DNA of 60,706 bases from the NCBI GenBank assembly GCA_937936615.1, contig CALDDN010000015.1, positions 1-60,706 of the forward strand, in the 5' to 3' direction. Numbering within the stretch: the first letter of the stretch is position 1; every line of letters starts with the position of its first letter. Position numbers and translations under genes: made by a program. Positions 36,957-46,958 of the stretch are shown here, one piece after another. The stretch is from an uncultured Bacteroidia bacterium. GTDB lineage: Bacteria; Bacteroidota; Bacteroidia; J057; CALDDN01. A model generated the notes under the pieces. That model saw only the letters and a program-made list of their open reading frames with translations. It did not search any database and had not been told where the DNA came from.

Positions 36957-39900
36957 TTAGTTCAGGATGAGTTTCTGCTGAATGCGCTGGCCGTTCAGCT
37001 CGAAAATAAGGAAGTAAACTCCAGCAGAGTAGGTGTCGACCTCAACGGGCAGCTGCTGGCTGCCGGCCTGAACTTCAACGGCCTGGCGCAGGATGCTGCG
37101 GCCATTGAGATCGACCAAGTTCAGGTTAGCTACGCCTGCTTGCGGCGTTTCGAAGCTGACCTGGAACTGGCCGTTGTTCGGGTTGGGGTAGACTTCCCAA
37201 TGGGTAACTGCGGCAGCGGCTAAGGCTTCACGACCCGAATTGGTGCGGAACTGTTCCTGCGACCATTCGGAAACCTCGGTCGCACAGCGGGCACGTACAC
37301 GAACTTCGTAGTCAACTCCAGAAATCAGATTCTGGATCGAGAAGGTCGTAACGCTCGCGTCAGTAATGTTGACGTTGATCCAGCGGGGCGGATTAACGTC
37401 GAGACGACGCCACGAGACCGTATATTGAATGGCCGTCGGCACGAACGTCCACGATACCGTAGCCGAGGTGCGACCGGGCGTTACACTACCAATGGCAGGC
37501 GAGAAGCAGCCCACGCTGCTTTCCTTCGTCCGGAAGAATACGTCAGCCGAAGGATCGGACAGGTTGGCATCGCCGCAGTTGGCACGGACATAGAAAACGT
37601 ACTCGGTGTTGCGGCGCAGCCCCGCCAGCACGAATGAATTGGACTGAACCGTGATCTGCTGATAGTCCATTTCGTCGTTGCGCTTCCAGAAGACCACATA
37701 GGAGACGGCCCCATCGACAGCATCCCAGATGATGGGTGCGGCCACATCCGTGAGGCGATCCTCGACGACGCGGACGTTGCTCGGGGTCTGACAGACACGG
37801 CGTGTAGTGAACTCAACGGGGCCAGAGAATCCGGAGCTTTCGCTGCCGCAATCTACCGTCAGACGTACCGTGTACTTCTGACCGGGGATCAGGTTACTGA
37901 GTTCAAACGACGAAGCGTCGATGTTGCGCTCAATGTAAATCGGGTTCTGCTGGTCATTTTCACCGAAGAGGTACAGGTCATAGGTCAGCACGCCCGGGAT
38001 GGCCGTCCACGTAACACGGGCCGAGCTGGTGGTGATGTTGACAACCTCGATATTAGAAGGCGGAGCACAGCGGTCGGTCGTCTGGATCGTCGTGGCCCAG
38101 TCGGACGCGCTGCCATCGGAACAGATTGTGTAGACGCGGAATTCGTAGCTAAAATCGGACAGCAGACTGGTTGCCTCAAAGAAATTGGAAGTGAGCACGG
38201 TTGGTTCGGACCACTGGCCGCCGATTTCGCGGAACTGAAGGTTGTAACCCACGGCGTTCGATGGGCCGCTCCACGTCAGGCCAATCGAAGTTACCGATCG
38301 GCGAACGACCCGGAAGTCGACCGGAGCTTCGCAGAAGCTTTCCGTCTGGAAATTGCGCGTCGGGGTGAAGCCCGTTATGTTGCCGTTACCGCAATTGGAG
38401 CGCACCCGTACATCGTAGATGACGTTGGGCAGCAAGCCCGTCAGGGTGATGGTGTTGGCCGTTACCGATTCGCGGATCCAAGTTACCTGATTCGCGGGCT
38501 TGTAATCGACATCGTAGCTTACAGCACCCGAAACGGGGGTCCAGCTGATAACGGCGCGGTTGCGGCTAGTCTCCAGCACAATGACCGCAGCCGGAATCTG
38601 GCAAACGGGGCTGGTGGTAAAGAACTGGCGTGGAGTGTAGGGCGAAGTCTCATTGAGGGCACCGCAGACCGTGCGGACACGGAATTCGTATTCCGTGTCC
38701 GAAAGCAGATTCAGAATCTGGTAGCTGGTCGTCGTTACGGTGGCCGAACTCCAGGTTTGCGAACCTACACGCCGCCACTGCACCTGGTAGCTCTGGGCAA
38801 AAGTATTTTCGAGCCACGATACCACGGCCGAGTTGGGCGTGATCATGCTGGCTGTTACGCCTTGTGGCTCGAGGCAGTTGCCAGCGAGGGTCGAGAAACG
38901 CACCGGCAGGGTGAAAGTCGATTCCAGCGTCTGGGTGCAGAGGCTGCGCACGCGCACCTCGTAGCGGTTATTGGCCGCCAGCCCGCCGATCGTGAAGAAA
39001 TTCGAGGTCGTTACGGCTTCGTTCCACTGCTCCTGACCGATGATGTTGCGCCAGCTGACCACGTAACGGGCCGCACCCGGAACGACATTCCACGTGATGA
39101 CCGCCGAGTTGAGGAAAAGATTGTCTACAACCAGACCCGTCGGCACGGGGCACTCGGTGATGGTGCGGGTCTCAAAGCGGACGGGCTGTGTGTAGAGCGA
39201 GGCACCCGATTTCTGGGCTCCGGCGTTGGGGTCGCAAATGGTGCGTACCTGCACCTCATAGGGAGTGTTGGCAAAAATGCCGCGAATGATTGCAGGTGCT
39301 GCTGGCACGCGGAAGGTCGGTTCCCAAGTCTGGCTGTTAAGGGGTCGGTAACGCACCTCGTATTCCAGTACCGAGGCTGGATCAACGGCATCATCCCAGC
39401 TGACCGATACCGTATTCAAGTCGATGTTCGATACAAAGACGTTGCTGGGTGGCAGGTCGCAGCTGATTTTGTTTGTGCAGCTCAGTTGAGCAATAAAGGC
39501 ATCCCAGCCGCTCGATTGAGCAGCCAGTTCGATGGTGGCCGTAGCATCGCGGCGGAAGGTGGCCGTGGAGCGGAAGTCGCCTACAGCGTAGACATCATCG
39601 GCGTTGGTTACGGTTATACCGTAGGCGGCATCGTCGCTATCGACGCTGCCTGCCGAGCGGGCACCCGAGACAACTCCATTAGCGTTGAACTTGTAAATGA
39701 AGATGTCTGAAGTCTCAAAACCGGAGTTCGACAGACGGGAGCCTGCATTTGGCGTATTGTTGTTGAATACTGCAATGTTCGGCCCCGTGAAGTATCCAGC
39801 CACGTAGATATTGTTTTCGGTATCCACGGTGAGTGAGCGGGCCAAGTCGTCGCCGCCACCGCTGATGCGGCGAATCCACTGGGGCTGGCCGCCGGTAGTC

Positions 39901-42791
39901 ATTTTGGCCAGCATGCCATCGATCGAAGGCACAGGAGCGTCGATGCGGCTTGCACTGCGCAGGCGGTCATCACCGTAAGTAAGCAGGCGGGCGAAGTAAC
40001 CTGAAACATAGAGGTTGCCCAAATTATCCAGTTCGATGTCCGTACCTTCGGAGTAAGCGTTGTCCATAAGGACGGCGAACATCGCCGTGCCGTCGGGATC
40101 GTATTTGGCCACAAAGGCATTGGCATCGTCGGTGTTGTTCTTGATGATAAAGTTACCAAACGTTACGTTCGGATTCAAGCTGCTGCCATCGACAGCACCC
40201 GTAACGTAAGCATTGCCCTCAGCATCGACCGCCACGCTGCGGGCGATGTCAGGACCTGCGTTGAAATTACCCATCCGGCGAGCCCAAAGTGGCGTACCGC
40301 CGTTGGTATACTTGGCGATAAAGGCATCAGTCTGGCCCGCATTGCCTGTCAGGGTCTGGTTGCCGAAGCTGGCGGTACCGGTTACCGAGCCGACGACATA
40401 GAGGTTGCCGAAATCGTCGAAATCGACACCGTAGCCGGCATCATCACCGGGGCCACCGGCAGCGCGTGCCCAGAGCACAGCACCATCCGAAGCCCGCAGC
40501 CGCACCACAAACACATCCGTGCCGCCCGCACTGGTCAGCACCGTAGGGCCAAAACTGGTTCCGCCTGCAAATTTACCCGTTACATAGACATTGTTATTAG
40601 CGTCAACCGTGATGCTGCTGCCGCCCTCGGTATCCCGGTCGGTAGCAGAACCCAAGCGGGTCGCCCAAATGACCGTGCCGTTGTCGTCGTATTTAGCTAC
40701 GTAAAGGTCGTTCTTGCCGGGCGTGGTGCTCGACAGGGTATAGCTGCCGATTTGGGCCGTGCCCTGGAACTCGCCCAAAACATAGACAAAACCTTGGCCG
40801 TCGCTCGTGGCGGCACGGTTGAAGTCGTTGCCGATGGAACTGCCCTCGCGCACGGCCCAGCGGAAGTTGAAATCCTCGCAGTTGGGGTACGTGCCACTGG
40901 TCTCAAAGCGGCCTTGTTCGCTTAGGTATCGCGGGTCTAAGTTCTGGTTTTCATTAAAAACAGGAACGTATTCTTGGCCGTCGAAGCACAAGCGAAGGAC
41001 GAACCAAATGTAGCGGGTACCTGGCTCCAGCCCGCTGATGGTGATTTTCTGATCAAAGGTACGGGCTTGCAGGAAATTTTCGGTGCTTTGATCGGGGCGA
41101 TAAAAAACAATGAACTCCGCGTTGCGGCTCTGGTAGAACCAACTCAGTTCAACGGTGTTGTCATCCAGAACCACAGCCGTCAGGTCTTCTGGGGCAACGG
41201 GCGCACAGGCGCACGAAGTGACTGGCTCACTGAATTCGGAGTCGGGGGAGGAGTTTTTGGTGTCTTCGCAGACGCTGGCAACGCGCACTTCGTAGCACAC
41301 GCCGTCTTGGATGGCCTTCAGCGTGCCGTTGCCTGCTTCGTCGACATCCTCTTCGGGCACGTTCTTCCAAGTTGGCGTACCCAAGGCCCGGTACTGCATG
41401 CGGTAACCACTGGGGGGGTCGCGGCGAGTGGGTGGCTCCCACTTGAAGTTCATTTCCAGCGACTTAAAGCGGGCGTTGTCGGGATCAGCAACTATATCGA
41501 CAAGCGATATGGTTTGGGGATCGGGCGCGTTGCAGCAGTTGCCTTCAAAGGTAATAACAATGCCATCGGTCGTGTCGGGTTCGCAGGGGTTGTTGCGGAC
41601 AATCGCGCGAAAGGCACGGCCATCGAGGGCAAGGTCGAGCAGCGCACCATTCTGGTAAGTACGCAGGTTCAATTCGGTGCCTTGAAAGTCAATTACCCCC
41701 GTGGGATCGTCGGCATTCTCGTCAGCGGGCCACTCGTCGGTACCATCTCGGTACTCCCAGCGGACGACGCTGCCACGCTGACCCCTCAAACGCAGGATGA
41801 CATCGCCCGAATTGCGGCCGGGGCCAATGCACACGAAGTTTTCAGCACCGCGCACATCGCCCGAAGCCGAAATCGATCCAGCGCGCGATTGGGGCAGCAC
41901 CGTAATTACCGAGGGAGCTGAAAACTGGGGCGGGCACACACCTGACTGCACGACCGCACGGAACCAGGTTGAGGTGGTGAGATTGAAGTCCGAAAAAAAT
42001 GGAGTGGTGTTGTTGATCGCTGTCCAGTCGCGCTCAGCTTCGAGGTCGGCCTCGGTGATGCGTTCCCACCGAACCACATCGCCTACAAAATCGACCAGGG
42101 CCAAGGTAAAGGAATTCCGCTCGCCCTCGCAGACCGACTGGGTACCAGTAATGCGGCCCGCGTTGGCTTGGCCGAGAACCACCACCTCCAAAGTGCTGGA
42201 AGTGGCCTCGGAGCAGGTTCCACTCTGCACTACAACCCGAAAGAGGGTGGTCTGGGCGATCTGGGACGGACGGTAAGTGGTCGTAGTGATGGCAATAGGC
42301 GACCACGTAGCTCCGTCGTTGATAGAACCTTCCCAACGAACGACGTTGCCCACCTGGCCGGTGAGGCGGAGGGTAGGGATGTCGGCTGGACTGCAGACTT
42401 GGGCTTGCCCCGAGGCAATGGAAAGAGTTCCTCCTACGGACTGGGCCGAGCTGATATCGATGCGGGCAGGCAACGAATTGGCTGGCGCACAGAAGCCCTT
42501 GCGCACCACCGCCCGAAATAGCGTCGTCTGCGTAACCGCAGGCGGCGTGTAGGTAATGGCGGTGTTGTTGATAATCAGCCACGTGAGGCCGTTGTTGGTC
42601 GAGCGTTCCCACCGAACGACGCTGCCGTCGTAGCCGGTCAGGCGCAGGACAGGGGACGGATTACCGGGACATAGGGTAGTGCCACCAGTAACCTGCCCGC
42701 CAACGGACGGGCACTGCGCCAGCAGGGCGGTGCTGCCAGCAGCACCCAGCAAGGCGATCAACCAAGTTAGTGTAAAGAACTTTTTCAGCAT
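36957..42791 (-). CDS. ~1944-aa T9SS cargo: 4 Ig-like repeats, 2 FN3, 7-bladed SBBP-like beta-propeller, 8 FN3, type A CTD
   Basis: Signal peptide from ATG 42791; four VVRWE repeats; seven D..GN.YV.G-like blades; FN3 repeats; VYPNPNNG...GVYFL...KLILN. Confidence 0.9.
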   Translation of the reverse strand: MLKKFFTLTWLIALLGAAGSTALLAQCPSVGGQVTGGTTLCPGNPSPVLRLTGYDGSVVRWERSTNNGLTWLIINNTAITYTPPAVTQTTLFRAVVRKGFCAPANSLPARIDISSAQSVGGTLSIASGQAQVCSPADIPTLRLTGQVGNVVRWEGSINDGATWSPIAITTTTYRPSQIAQTTLFRVVVQSGTCSEATSSTLEVVVLGQANAGRITGTQSVCEGERNSFTLALVDFVGDVVRWERITEADLEAERDWTAINNTTPFFSDFNLTTSTWFRAVVQSGVCPPQFSAPSVITVLPQSRAGSISASGDVRGAENFVCIGPGRNSGDVILRLRGQRGSVVRWEYRDGTDEWPADENADDPTGVIDFQGTELNLRTYQNGALLDLALDGRAFRAIVRNNPCEPDTTDGIVITFEGNCCNAPDPQTISLVDIVADPDNARFKSLEMNFKWEPPTRRDPPSGYRMQYRALGTPTWKNVPEEDVDEAGNGTLKAIQDGVCYEVRVASVCEDTKNSSPDSEFSEPVTSCACAPVAPEDLTAVVLDDNTVELSWFYQSRNAEFIVFYRPDQSTENFLQARTFDQKITISGLEPGTRYIWFVLRLCFDGQEYVPVFNENQNLDPRYLSEQGRFETSGTYPNCEDFNFRWAVREGSSIGNDFNRAATSDGQGFVYVLGEFQGTAQIGSYTLSSTTPGKNDLYVAKYDDNGTVIWATRLGSATDRDTEGGSSITVDANNNVYVTGKFAGGTSFGPTVLTSAGGTDVFVVRLRASDGAVLWARAAGGPGDDAGYGVDFDDFGNLYVVGSVTGTASFGNQTLTGNAGQTDAFIAKYTNGGTPLWARRMGNFNAGPDIARSVAVDAEGNAYVTGAVDGSSLNPNVTFGNFIIKNNTDDANAFVAKYDPDGTAMFAVLMDNAYSEGTDIELDNLGNLYVSGYFARLLTYGDDRLRSASRIDAPVPSIDGMLAKMTTGGQPQWIRRISGGGDDLARSLTVDTENNIYVAGYFTGPNIAVFNNNTPNAGSRLSNSGFETSDIFIYKFNANGVVSGARSAGSVDSDDAAYGITVTNADDVYAVGDFRSTATFRRDATATIELAAQSSGWDAFIAQLSCTNKISCDLPPSNVFVSNIDLNTVSVSWDDAVDPASVLEYEVRYRPLNSQTWEPTFRVPAAPAIIRGIFANTPYEVQVRTICDPNAGAQKSGASLYTQPVRFETRTITECPVPTGLVVDNLFLNSAVITWNVVPGAARYVVSWRNIIGQEQWNEAVTTSNFFTIGGLAANNRYEVRVRSLCTQTLESTFTLPVRFSTLAGNCLEPQGVTASMITPNSAVVSWLENTFAQSYQVQWRRVGSQTWSSATVTTTSYQILNLLSDTEYEFRVRTVCGALNETSPYTPRQFFTTSPVCQIPAAVIVLETSRNRAVISWTPVSGAVSYDVDYKPANQVTWIRESVTANTITLTGLLPNVIYDVRVRSNCGNGNITGFTPTRNFQTESFCEAPVDFRVVRRSVTSIGLTWSGPSNAVGYNLQFREIGGQWSEPTVLTSNFFEATSLLSDFSYEFRVYTICSDGSASDWATTIQTTDRCAPPSNIEVVNITTSSARVTWTAIPGVLTYDLYLFGENDQQNPIYIERNIDASSFELSNLIPGQKYTVRLTVDCGSESSGFSGPVEFTTRRVCQTPSNVRVVEDRLTDVAAPIIWDAVDGAVSYVVFWKRNDEMDYQQITVQSNSFVLAGLRRNTEYVFYVRANCGDANLSDPSADVFFRTKESSVGCFSPAIGSVTPGRTSATVSWTFVPTAIQYTVSWRRLDVNPPRWINVNITDASVTTFSIQNLISGVDYEVRVRARCATEVSEWSQEQFRTNSGREALAAAAVTHWEVYPNPNNGQFQVSFETPQAGVANLNLVDLNGRSILRQAVEVQAGSQQLPVEVDTYSAGVYFLIFELNGQRIQQKLILN

Positions 42792-42833
42792 TGCTGTTGG
42801 ATCAAATTGGGCAATGGTAAAATTCAATCTGCG

Positions 42834-42841
42834 CAAAAATA
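42834..42841 (-). promoter_or_regulatory. -7 promoter box TATTTTTG upstream of the ~1944-aa T9SS gene
   Basis: Exact TAnnTTTG consensus on the minus strand, about 42 nt before the ATG. Confidence 0.55.
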
Positions 42842-42883
42842 CGTCTTTTTGCAGACCGAAAACCTGCGCTGCAATTCAAGTTG

Positions 42884-43672
42884 TCAGCCTTTGGCTTCTT
42901 GCCAGTAAGCTTCCATTTCATCGAGACTCAGGTCGGCCACGCTGCGGCCCGATTCCCGAGCACGGGCTTCAATGTGGCGGAAGCGATCCATGAACCGGCG
43001 GTTGGTGCGCTCCAGGGCTTCATCGGGGTTGATTTTCAGCCAGCGAGCCAGGTTGACTACCGAAAAAAGCAGGTCTCCCAGTTCATGCTGAACGCGCTCT
43101 GCGTCGCGGGGTTCGCGCTCGATTTCGGCCAGGAGTTCGTCCAGTTCCTCACGCATTTTATCCACAACGCCACTCATCTCGCCCCACTCAAAGCCTACGC
43201 TGGCCACTTTTTCCTGGATGCGCCAAGCTTTGATCAAAGCAGGCAAGGAGGAAGGCACCCCCCCAAGAACTGACTTGGCCCCTTCCCGCAGCTTGATGGC
43301 CTCCCAGTTTCCCTTCACCTGGTGTTCAGTTTCGGCCTGCACATCGCCATAGATGTGCGGGTGGCGGCGGATGAGCTTCTGGCTCAGGTGATCGATGACG
43401 GCAGCCATATCGAAGGACTGCTCTTCGCTGCCGATTTTGGCGTAAAAAACCACGTGCAGCAGCAGATCGCCCAATTCGTTCTTGAGGGCCTGCAGATCGT
43501 TGGCCAGTATCGCATCCGAAAGCTCGTAAGTTTCTTCGATGGTCAGGTGCCGCAGCGAATCGAGCGTTTGTTCACGGTCCCAAGGACATTTCTGGCGCAG
43601 CTCGTCCATGATTTGCAGCAGGCGGGCGAAGGCATCGGCAGCAGCCGAGTAATGGGTCATGGCTTGCATCAA
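42884..43672 (-). CDS. mazG: Nucleoside triphosphate pyrophosphohydrolase MazG
   Basis: CPWDREQT, EETYE, ELGDLL, KLIRRHPH and a second EELDE/ELGDLLF repeat. Confidence 0.96.
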   Translation of the reverse strand: MMQAMTHYSAAADAFARLLQIMDELRQKCPWDREQTLDSLRHLTIEETYELSDAILANDLQALKNELGDLLLHVVFYAKIGSEEQSFDMAAVIDHLSQKLIRRHPHIYGDVQAETEHQVKGNWEAIKLREGAKSVLGGVPSSLPALIKAWRIQEKVASVGFEWGEMSGVVDKMREELDELLAEIEREPRDAERVQHELGDLLFSVVNLARWLKINPDEALERTNRRFMDRFRHIEARARESGRSVADLSLDEMEAYWQEAKG

Positions 43673-43794
43673 TTTTGATTAATTTTCGCCCATATTGGGA
43701 ATCGACACTGCAAATTCGCCATTTGCGGACTAACTCCCCATTTTGAAATCGTACCGCTTGTGCACCTGAAACCCATTTGCCTGCCTACTCCGCC

Positions 43795-46700
43795 ATGAAA
43801 CGCATTCTGCGCATCGGTCTCTACACCCTGCTGGGCCTGCTGGGCCTTTTTGTGCTGGCCGCCGTCTTAATCCCTATTTTCTTCAAAGACGAAATCAATG
43901 ATCGCGTCAAGAAGGAAATCAACAACCAGCTTGAAGCCGTCGTCGATTACAAAGATTTCGGCCTCTCCCTGCTGAGTCAGTTTCCCTATCTGTCGGTGCA
44001 ACTCGAGGGCCTGACCATCAAAGGCAAGGATGCATTTGCGCGGGATACCCTGCTTGATCTGAAGGAAGTTCAGGTAGCTGTCAATATCATGAATGCCATT
44101 CGGGGTGAAAAGCTGGAGATTCGCAAGATTTTTCTTGACCGGCCTAGCATTCATGCCATTGTCCTGGCCGACGGACGGGCCAACTGGAACATCACCAAGC
44201 CCGACACCACACCCGAAGTCGAAGACACCACCCAATCGGAATTTGCACTGGCCCTGCGCAGCCTGCGCATCCGCGAGGCCAACATCCGCTACGACGACCG
44301 CCAGTCGCGCACCCAGGCACGCATCCGCAAACTTGACTTCAGGGGCAGCGGCGACCTGACGCAGGACGTATTCGATTTCAACACCAAGACTAAAATTGAG
44401 TCGATATTTCTGGCTCTGGACAAGACCACCTACGTAAATAACATTGAATTTGAGTCCAAGGTCGATCTGAATATTGACCAGAAAAACAGCGTCTACACCT
44501 TCCGCGACAACGAGTTTCGATTCAATGCCCTGAAACTGGGATTGGATGGCTCGGTCGGACTTCCCGACAGCAACACCATCGCGCTGGACATCCGCTTCAA
44601 GGCTCTGGAGACCCAGTTCAAGAACATTCTTTCGCTCGTTCCCGGTGTATTTACCCAAGATTTTGACAAGCTCCGTACCGATGGCACGCTGGCACTCGAT
44701 GGCGAAGTCAAAGGCAAGCTCGTAGGCGAGCAGTACCCCAGCTTCGCGGTCAATCTCAAGGTGGGTGACGGGTTCCTGCAATACCCCGACCTGCCCGCCC
44801 CCGTCAAGAACATCCAGGTAGACGTTAGGGCCAGCAACAAGACCAGCAACCTGGAAACAACAGAAATCAACCTGCGCCGCTTCCACGCCGAGCTGGAAAA
44901 CAACCCCATCGATGCCAAAGCACTGGTGGTGGGCCTGAGCAATCCCACCATCGACGGCAACCTGCAGGCCAAGGTCAAACTGGCCGAAATGACCCGCATC
45001 TTTCCCATCGAAGGGGTTGAACTCAAGGGCGATCTGGCCCTCGATGCAAATGCCAAAGGAAAGGTGCTGGAAAGCCAGATTCCTGCTTTTAACGCGGCTG
45101 TCGATTTGAAATACGGTTACCTGAAGTATGCTGAACTGCCTGCGGCCCTCGAAAATCTGACCATTCAGGCCAATGCCTCGAGCCAGGTCGGCAGCCTGAC
45201 CGATACCCAGATCGACGTGGCCAACTTCCACGCAGAAATAGACAAGGAACCCATCGACCTGAAGCTCTTTCTGCGCAACCTCGACGACCCCGATTACAAA
45301 ATCAATCTACGGGGCAAGCTTGACTTGGCCAAGCTCACCAAAGTCTACCCCATTGAAAATACGAAGCTCAGTGGCACTGTAGTGGCCAATCTCAACACCG
45401 AAGGCAAACTCTCCGTGGCCTCGGCCCAACAGTACGACCAGCTCGACGCTGCCGGTTCCATCGTCCTCAAAAACATCCAGTACGCTGAAGCTTCACTGCC
45501 TAAATCGGTGAGCATCAGCGATGCCCAGCTCGATTTCACCAACTACCAGATGAACCTGACGCAGTTTGACTGCAAGCTGGGCCGGAGCGATGTCCGGCTG
45601 ACCGGTCAGGTCGAAAACTACATCGGTTACGTCTTCAGCAATCAAAAACTCAAAGGGCGCATGCAGCTGCGCAGCGACCTGCTCGACCTCAACGAGTGGC
45701 TCAGCGAGTCGGGCGAGGCAGCCCCCGCCGATACTGCCAGTTCCGAGCCGCTGGAAGCCCCCCAGATTCCAGCCAATCTGGATTTGGTGTTCAACTCCAA
45801 CATCGGACGACTGCTCTACGACAAATACGATATCGAAAACTTCAAGGGTAACCTGGCTGTGCGTGATCAGAAACTCTTCATTGAAGAAGTTGGCTTCGAT
45901 CTGCTGGGCGGCCGCTTCCTGCTGGCGGGTCTCTATGACAGCCAGAACATTCAGCAGCCCCTTTACCAGTTCCGCGTCGGGATCGATTCGCTGCAAATCG
46001 CACGCGCCTGGGCCGCTTTCGATGTACTCAAAAAGTACGTGCCCGTCGCCCGCCATGCTGAAGGCGTTTTCGGTACAGGTCTGACCATCAGTGGTGCCCT
46101 GACGCGCAACCTCGACCCTGTCATGGAGTCGATCAACGCCGAGGGGCTGGCCATGATCTTCCGTACAGTCGTTCGCGATTTTCCAATACTCAACCAGCTG
46201 TCCTCCGTCACCAAGTTGGACAACGTACAGGAAGTGCGGGTGCGTAACACCAAGCTGAAGTTCGCTATACGCAACGGGCGGCTTTTTGTCGAGCCCTTCG
46301 ACGTAGGCCTGGGCAACTACAAAATGAACGTAGGCGGAAGCAACGGCCTTGATGGCGGGTTGGACTATGTGCTCAATCTGGACGTGCCGGCACCTGCCCT
46401 GACGCAAAACGCCGCAGGTGCCCTGACCAATCTCACAGGACGGGCCGTACCGGTTGGCGAGCGCGTCAACGTACCGCTGCAGCTGGGAGGGACCTTTGCT
46501 CAGCCGCGGATTACCGGTCTGAGCCGCGGAGCCAAGCAGCAGGTCAAAGAAACCATCAAAGAAGAAGTGGGCAAAATAAAGGAGCAGGCCAAAGAGCAGG
46601 TCAAGCAGAAAATCGACGACACGAAACAAAAAGCTCAGGAAGAATTCGACCGGCAGCGACGCGAAGCCGAAGAAAAAGCCCGCCAGGAAGCCGAAAAGAA

Positions 46701-46842
46701 GCGCCAGGAACTGGAAGCCCAGCGTCGTGCCGAAGAAGAACGCGTTCGCCAGGAAGCCGAACGCCGTCGCCGCGAGGAAGAAGAGCGCCTTAAAAAAGAA
46801 GCCGAGCAGAAGCTCAAAGACAAGGTCCGCTGGCCCCGCTAA
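43795..46842 (+). CDS. AsmA-family (bridge-like lipid transfer) protein
   Basis: N-terminal TM anchor, FP.LSV, ANWNI, repeated beta-rich segments, G.NGLDG.LDY, GGTF..P, charged C-terminal coiled coil. Confidence 0.85.
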   Translation: MKRILRIGLYTLLGLLGLFVLAAVLIPIFFKDEINDRVKKEINNQLEAVVDYKDFGLSLLSQFPYLSVQLEGLTIKGKDAFARDTLLDLKEVQVAVNIMNAIRGEKLEIRKIFLDRPSIHAIVLADGRANWNITKPDTTPEVEDTTQSEFALALRSLRIREANIRYDDRQSRTQARIRKLDFRGSGDLTQDVFDFNTKTKIESIFLALDKTTYVNNIEFESKVDLNIDQKNSVYTFRDNEFRFNALKLGLDGSVGLPDSNTIALDIRFKALETQFKNILSLVPGVFTQDFDKLRTDGTLALDGEVKGKLVGEQYPSFAVNLKVGDGFLQYPDLPAPVKNIQVDVRASNKTSNLETTEINLRRFHAELENNPIDAKALVVGLSNPTIDGNLQAKVKLAEMTRIFPIEGVELKGDLALDANAKGKVLESQIPAFNAAVDLKYGYLKYAELPAALENLTIQANASSQVGSLTDTQIDVANFHAEIDKEPIDLKLFLRNLDDPDYKINLRGKLDLAKLTKVYPIENTKLSGTVVANLNTEGKLSVASAQQYDQLDAAGSIVLKNIQYAEASLPKSVSISDAQLDFTNYQMNLTQFDCKLGRSDVRLTGQVENYIGYVFSNQKLKGRMQLRSDLLDLNEWLSESGEAAPADTASSEPLEAPQIPANLDLVFNSNIGRLLYDKYDIENFKGNLAVRDQKLFIEEVGFDLLGGRFLLAGLYDSQNIQQPLYQFRVGIDSLQIARAWAAFDVLKKYVPVARHAEGVFGTGLTISGALTRNLDPVMESINAEGLAMIFRTVVRDFPILNQLSSVTKLDNVQEVRVRNTKLKFAIRNGRLFVEPFDVGLGNYKMNVGGSNGLDGGLDYVLNLDVPAPALTQNAAGALTNLTGRAVPVGERVNVPLQLGGTFAQPRITGLSRGAKQQVKETIKEEVGKIKEQAKEQVKQKIDDTKQKAQEEFDRQRREAEEKARQEAEKKRQELEAQRRAEEERVRQEAERRRREEEERLKKEAEQKLKDKVRWPR

Positions 46843-46958
46843 GGAACCTGATGAAGTTATTGTGCATTATTCTGCAAAAGCAACCGCTTTTTTCTACTTT
46901 TACCCTGTCCGAATCCCATCCACCAACTCCTTATTGAATCATAAAAGACCGAAGCCCC

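Noticed and set aside
43867-46629. Long antisense ORFs (454 and 378 aa here; others opposite glyQS, the GNAT-hydrolase and the T9SS genes)
   Set aside because: Shadow frames expected from GC-rich codon bias; no recognisable motifs and fully overlapped by well-supported genes
46540-46830. Repetitive GAA/GCC-rich DNA at the end of the AsmA gene as a repeat array
   Set aside because: It encodes the E/K/R-rich coiled-coil tail; no fixed-length repeat-spacer structure
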